Assembly: GCA_963787255.1 (NCBI GenBank)
Contig: CAWBCJ010000001.1
Span: 64,001 to 128,000, forward strand
Direction of reading: 5' to 3'
Source of the DNA: Methanobacteriota archaeon
Lineage (GTDB): Archaea; Methanobacteriota; Methanobacteria; Methanobacteriales; Methanobacteriaceae
DNA length: 64,000 bases
Shown piece after piece: positions 63,862-64,000 of this stretch. A model generated the notes under the pieces. It saw only the letters and a list, made by a program, of their open reading frames with translations. It made no database searches and was not told the origin of the DNA. Position 1 is the stretch's first letter. Each line of letters starts with the position of its first letter. The translations under genes were made by a program, and so were the position numbers.

Positions 63862-63894
63862 TTGTGAGTAAATTTTATATAGTCCTTTCAAAAC
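63862..63894 (+). repeat. 33-bp direct repeat, copy B
   Basis: TTGTGAGTAAATTTTATATAGTCCTTTCAAAAC; 31/33 identical to copy A. Confidence 0.8.
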
Positions 63895-64000
63895 AGAATA
63901 CTCTAAGAAAGCCTGCAGGATAAAATCAAGTTTGAAAAGGAAATAAATCCATAGGGCAGTTATAAAACCAACTTTAATTTGATGGATAATGAATTTTTAA

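Overview
AT-rich (~30% GC by eye) archaeal chromosome segment, almost certainly from a pseudomurein-walled methanogen of the Methanobacteriales (Methanobacterium-like). Roughly 1-40 kb is core genome: mch-thyA-core methionine synthase, PAN/aMBF1, the pseudomurein cluster (ATP-grasp, MraY-like, Mur ligase, POTRA protein), hycI, nikR, tandem tRNA-Gly, corA, DASS/CaCA transporters, cobQ, lonB, DEAD helicase, prs, hypAB, tRNA-Ala and DUF1890/DUF1894. Roughly 40-64 kb is an accessory patchwork of small stand-alone, often bacterial-looking genes and gene remnants: VOC, DedA, GYD, SRPBCC, DUF1579, three alpha/beta hydrolases, an anSME-sulfatase-SulP module, a PRC-barrel locus and drug-type transporters. 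Signals not in the ORF track: (1) a box C/D guide sRNA at 7264-7325 whose D' guide fits C34 of tRNA-Met; (2) a ~40-bp imperfect palindrome repeated in one orientation between accessory genes, resembling a cassette recombination site; (3) a 33-bp direct repeat bracketing a 6.5-kb transporter block; (4) a NikR-type operator; (5) several 1-nt frameshifts in otherwise intact genes, which may be assembly errors; (6) likely ACG/ATT start codons. No CRISPR array, rRNA, transposase or intact integrase was seen. All family calls come from motif recognition and recall, not database searches.
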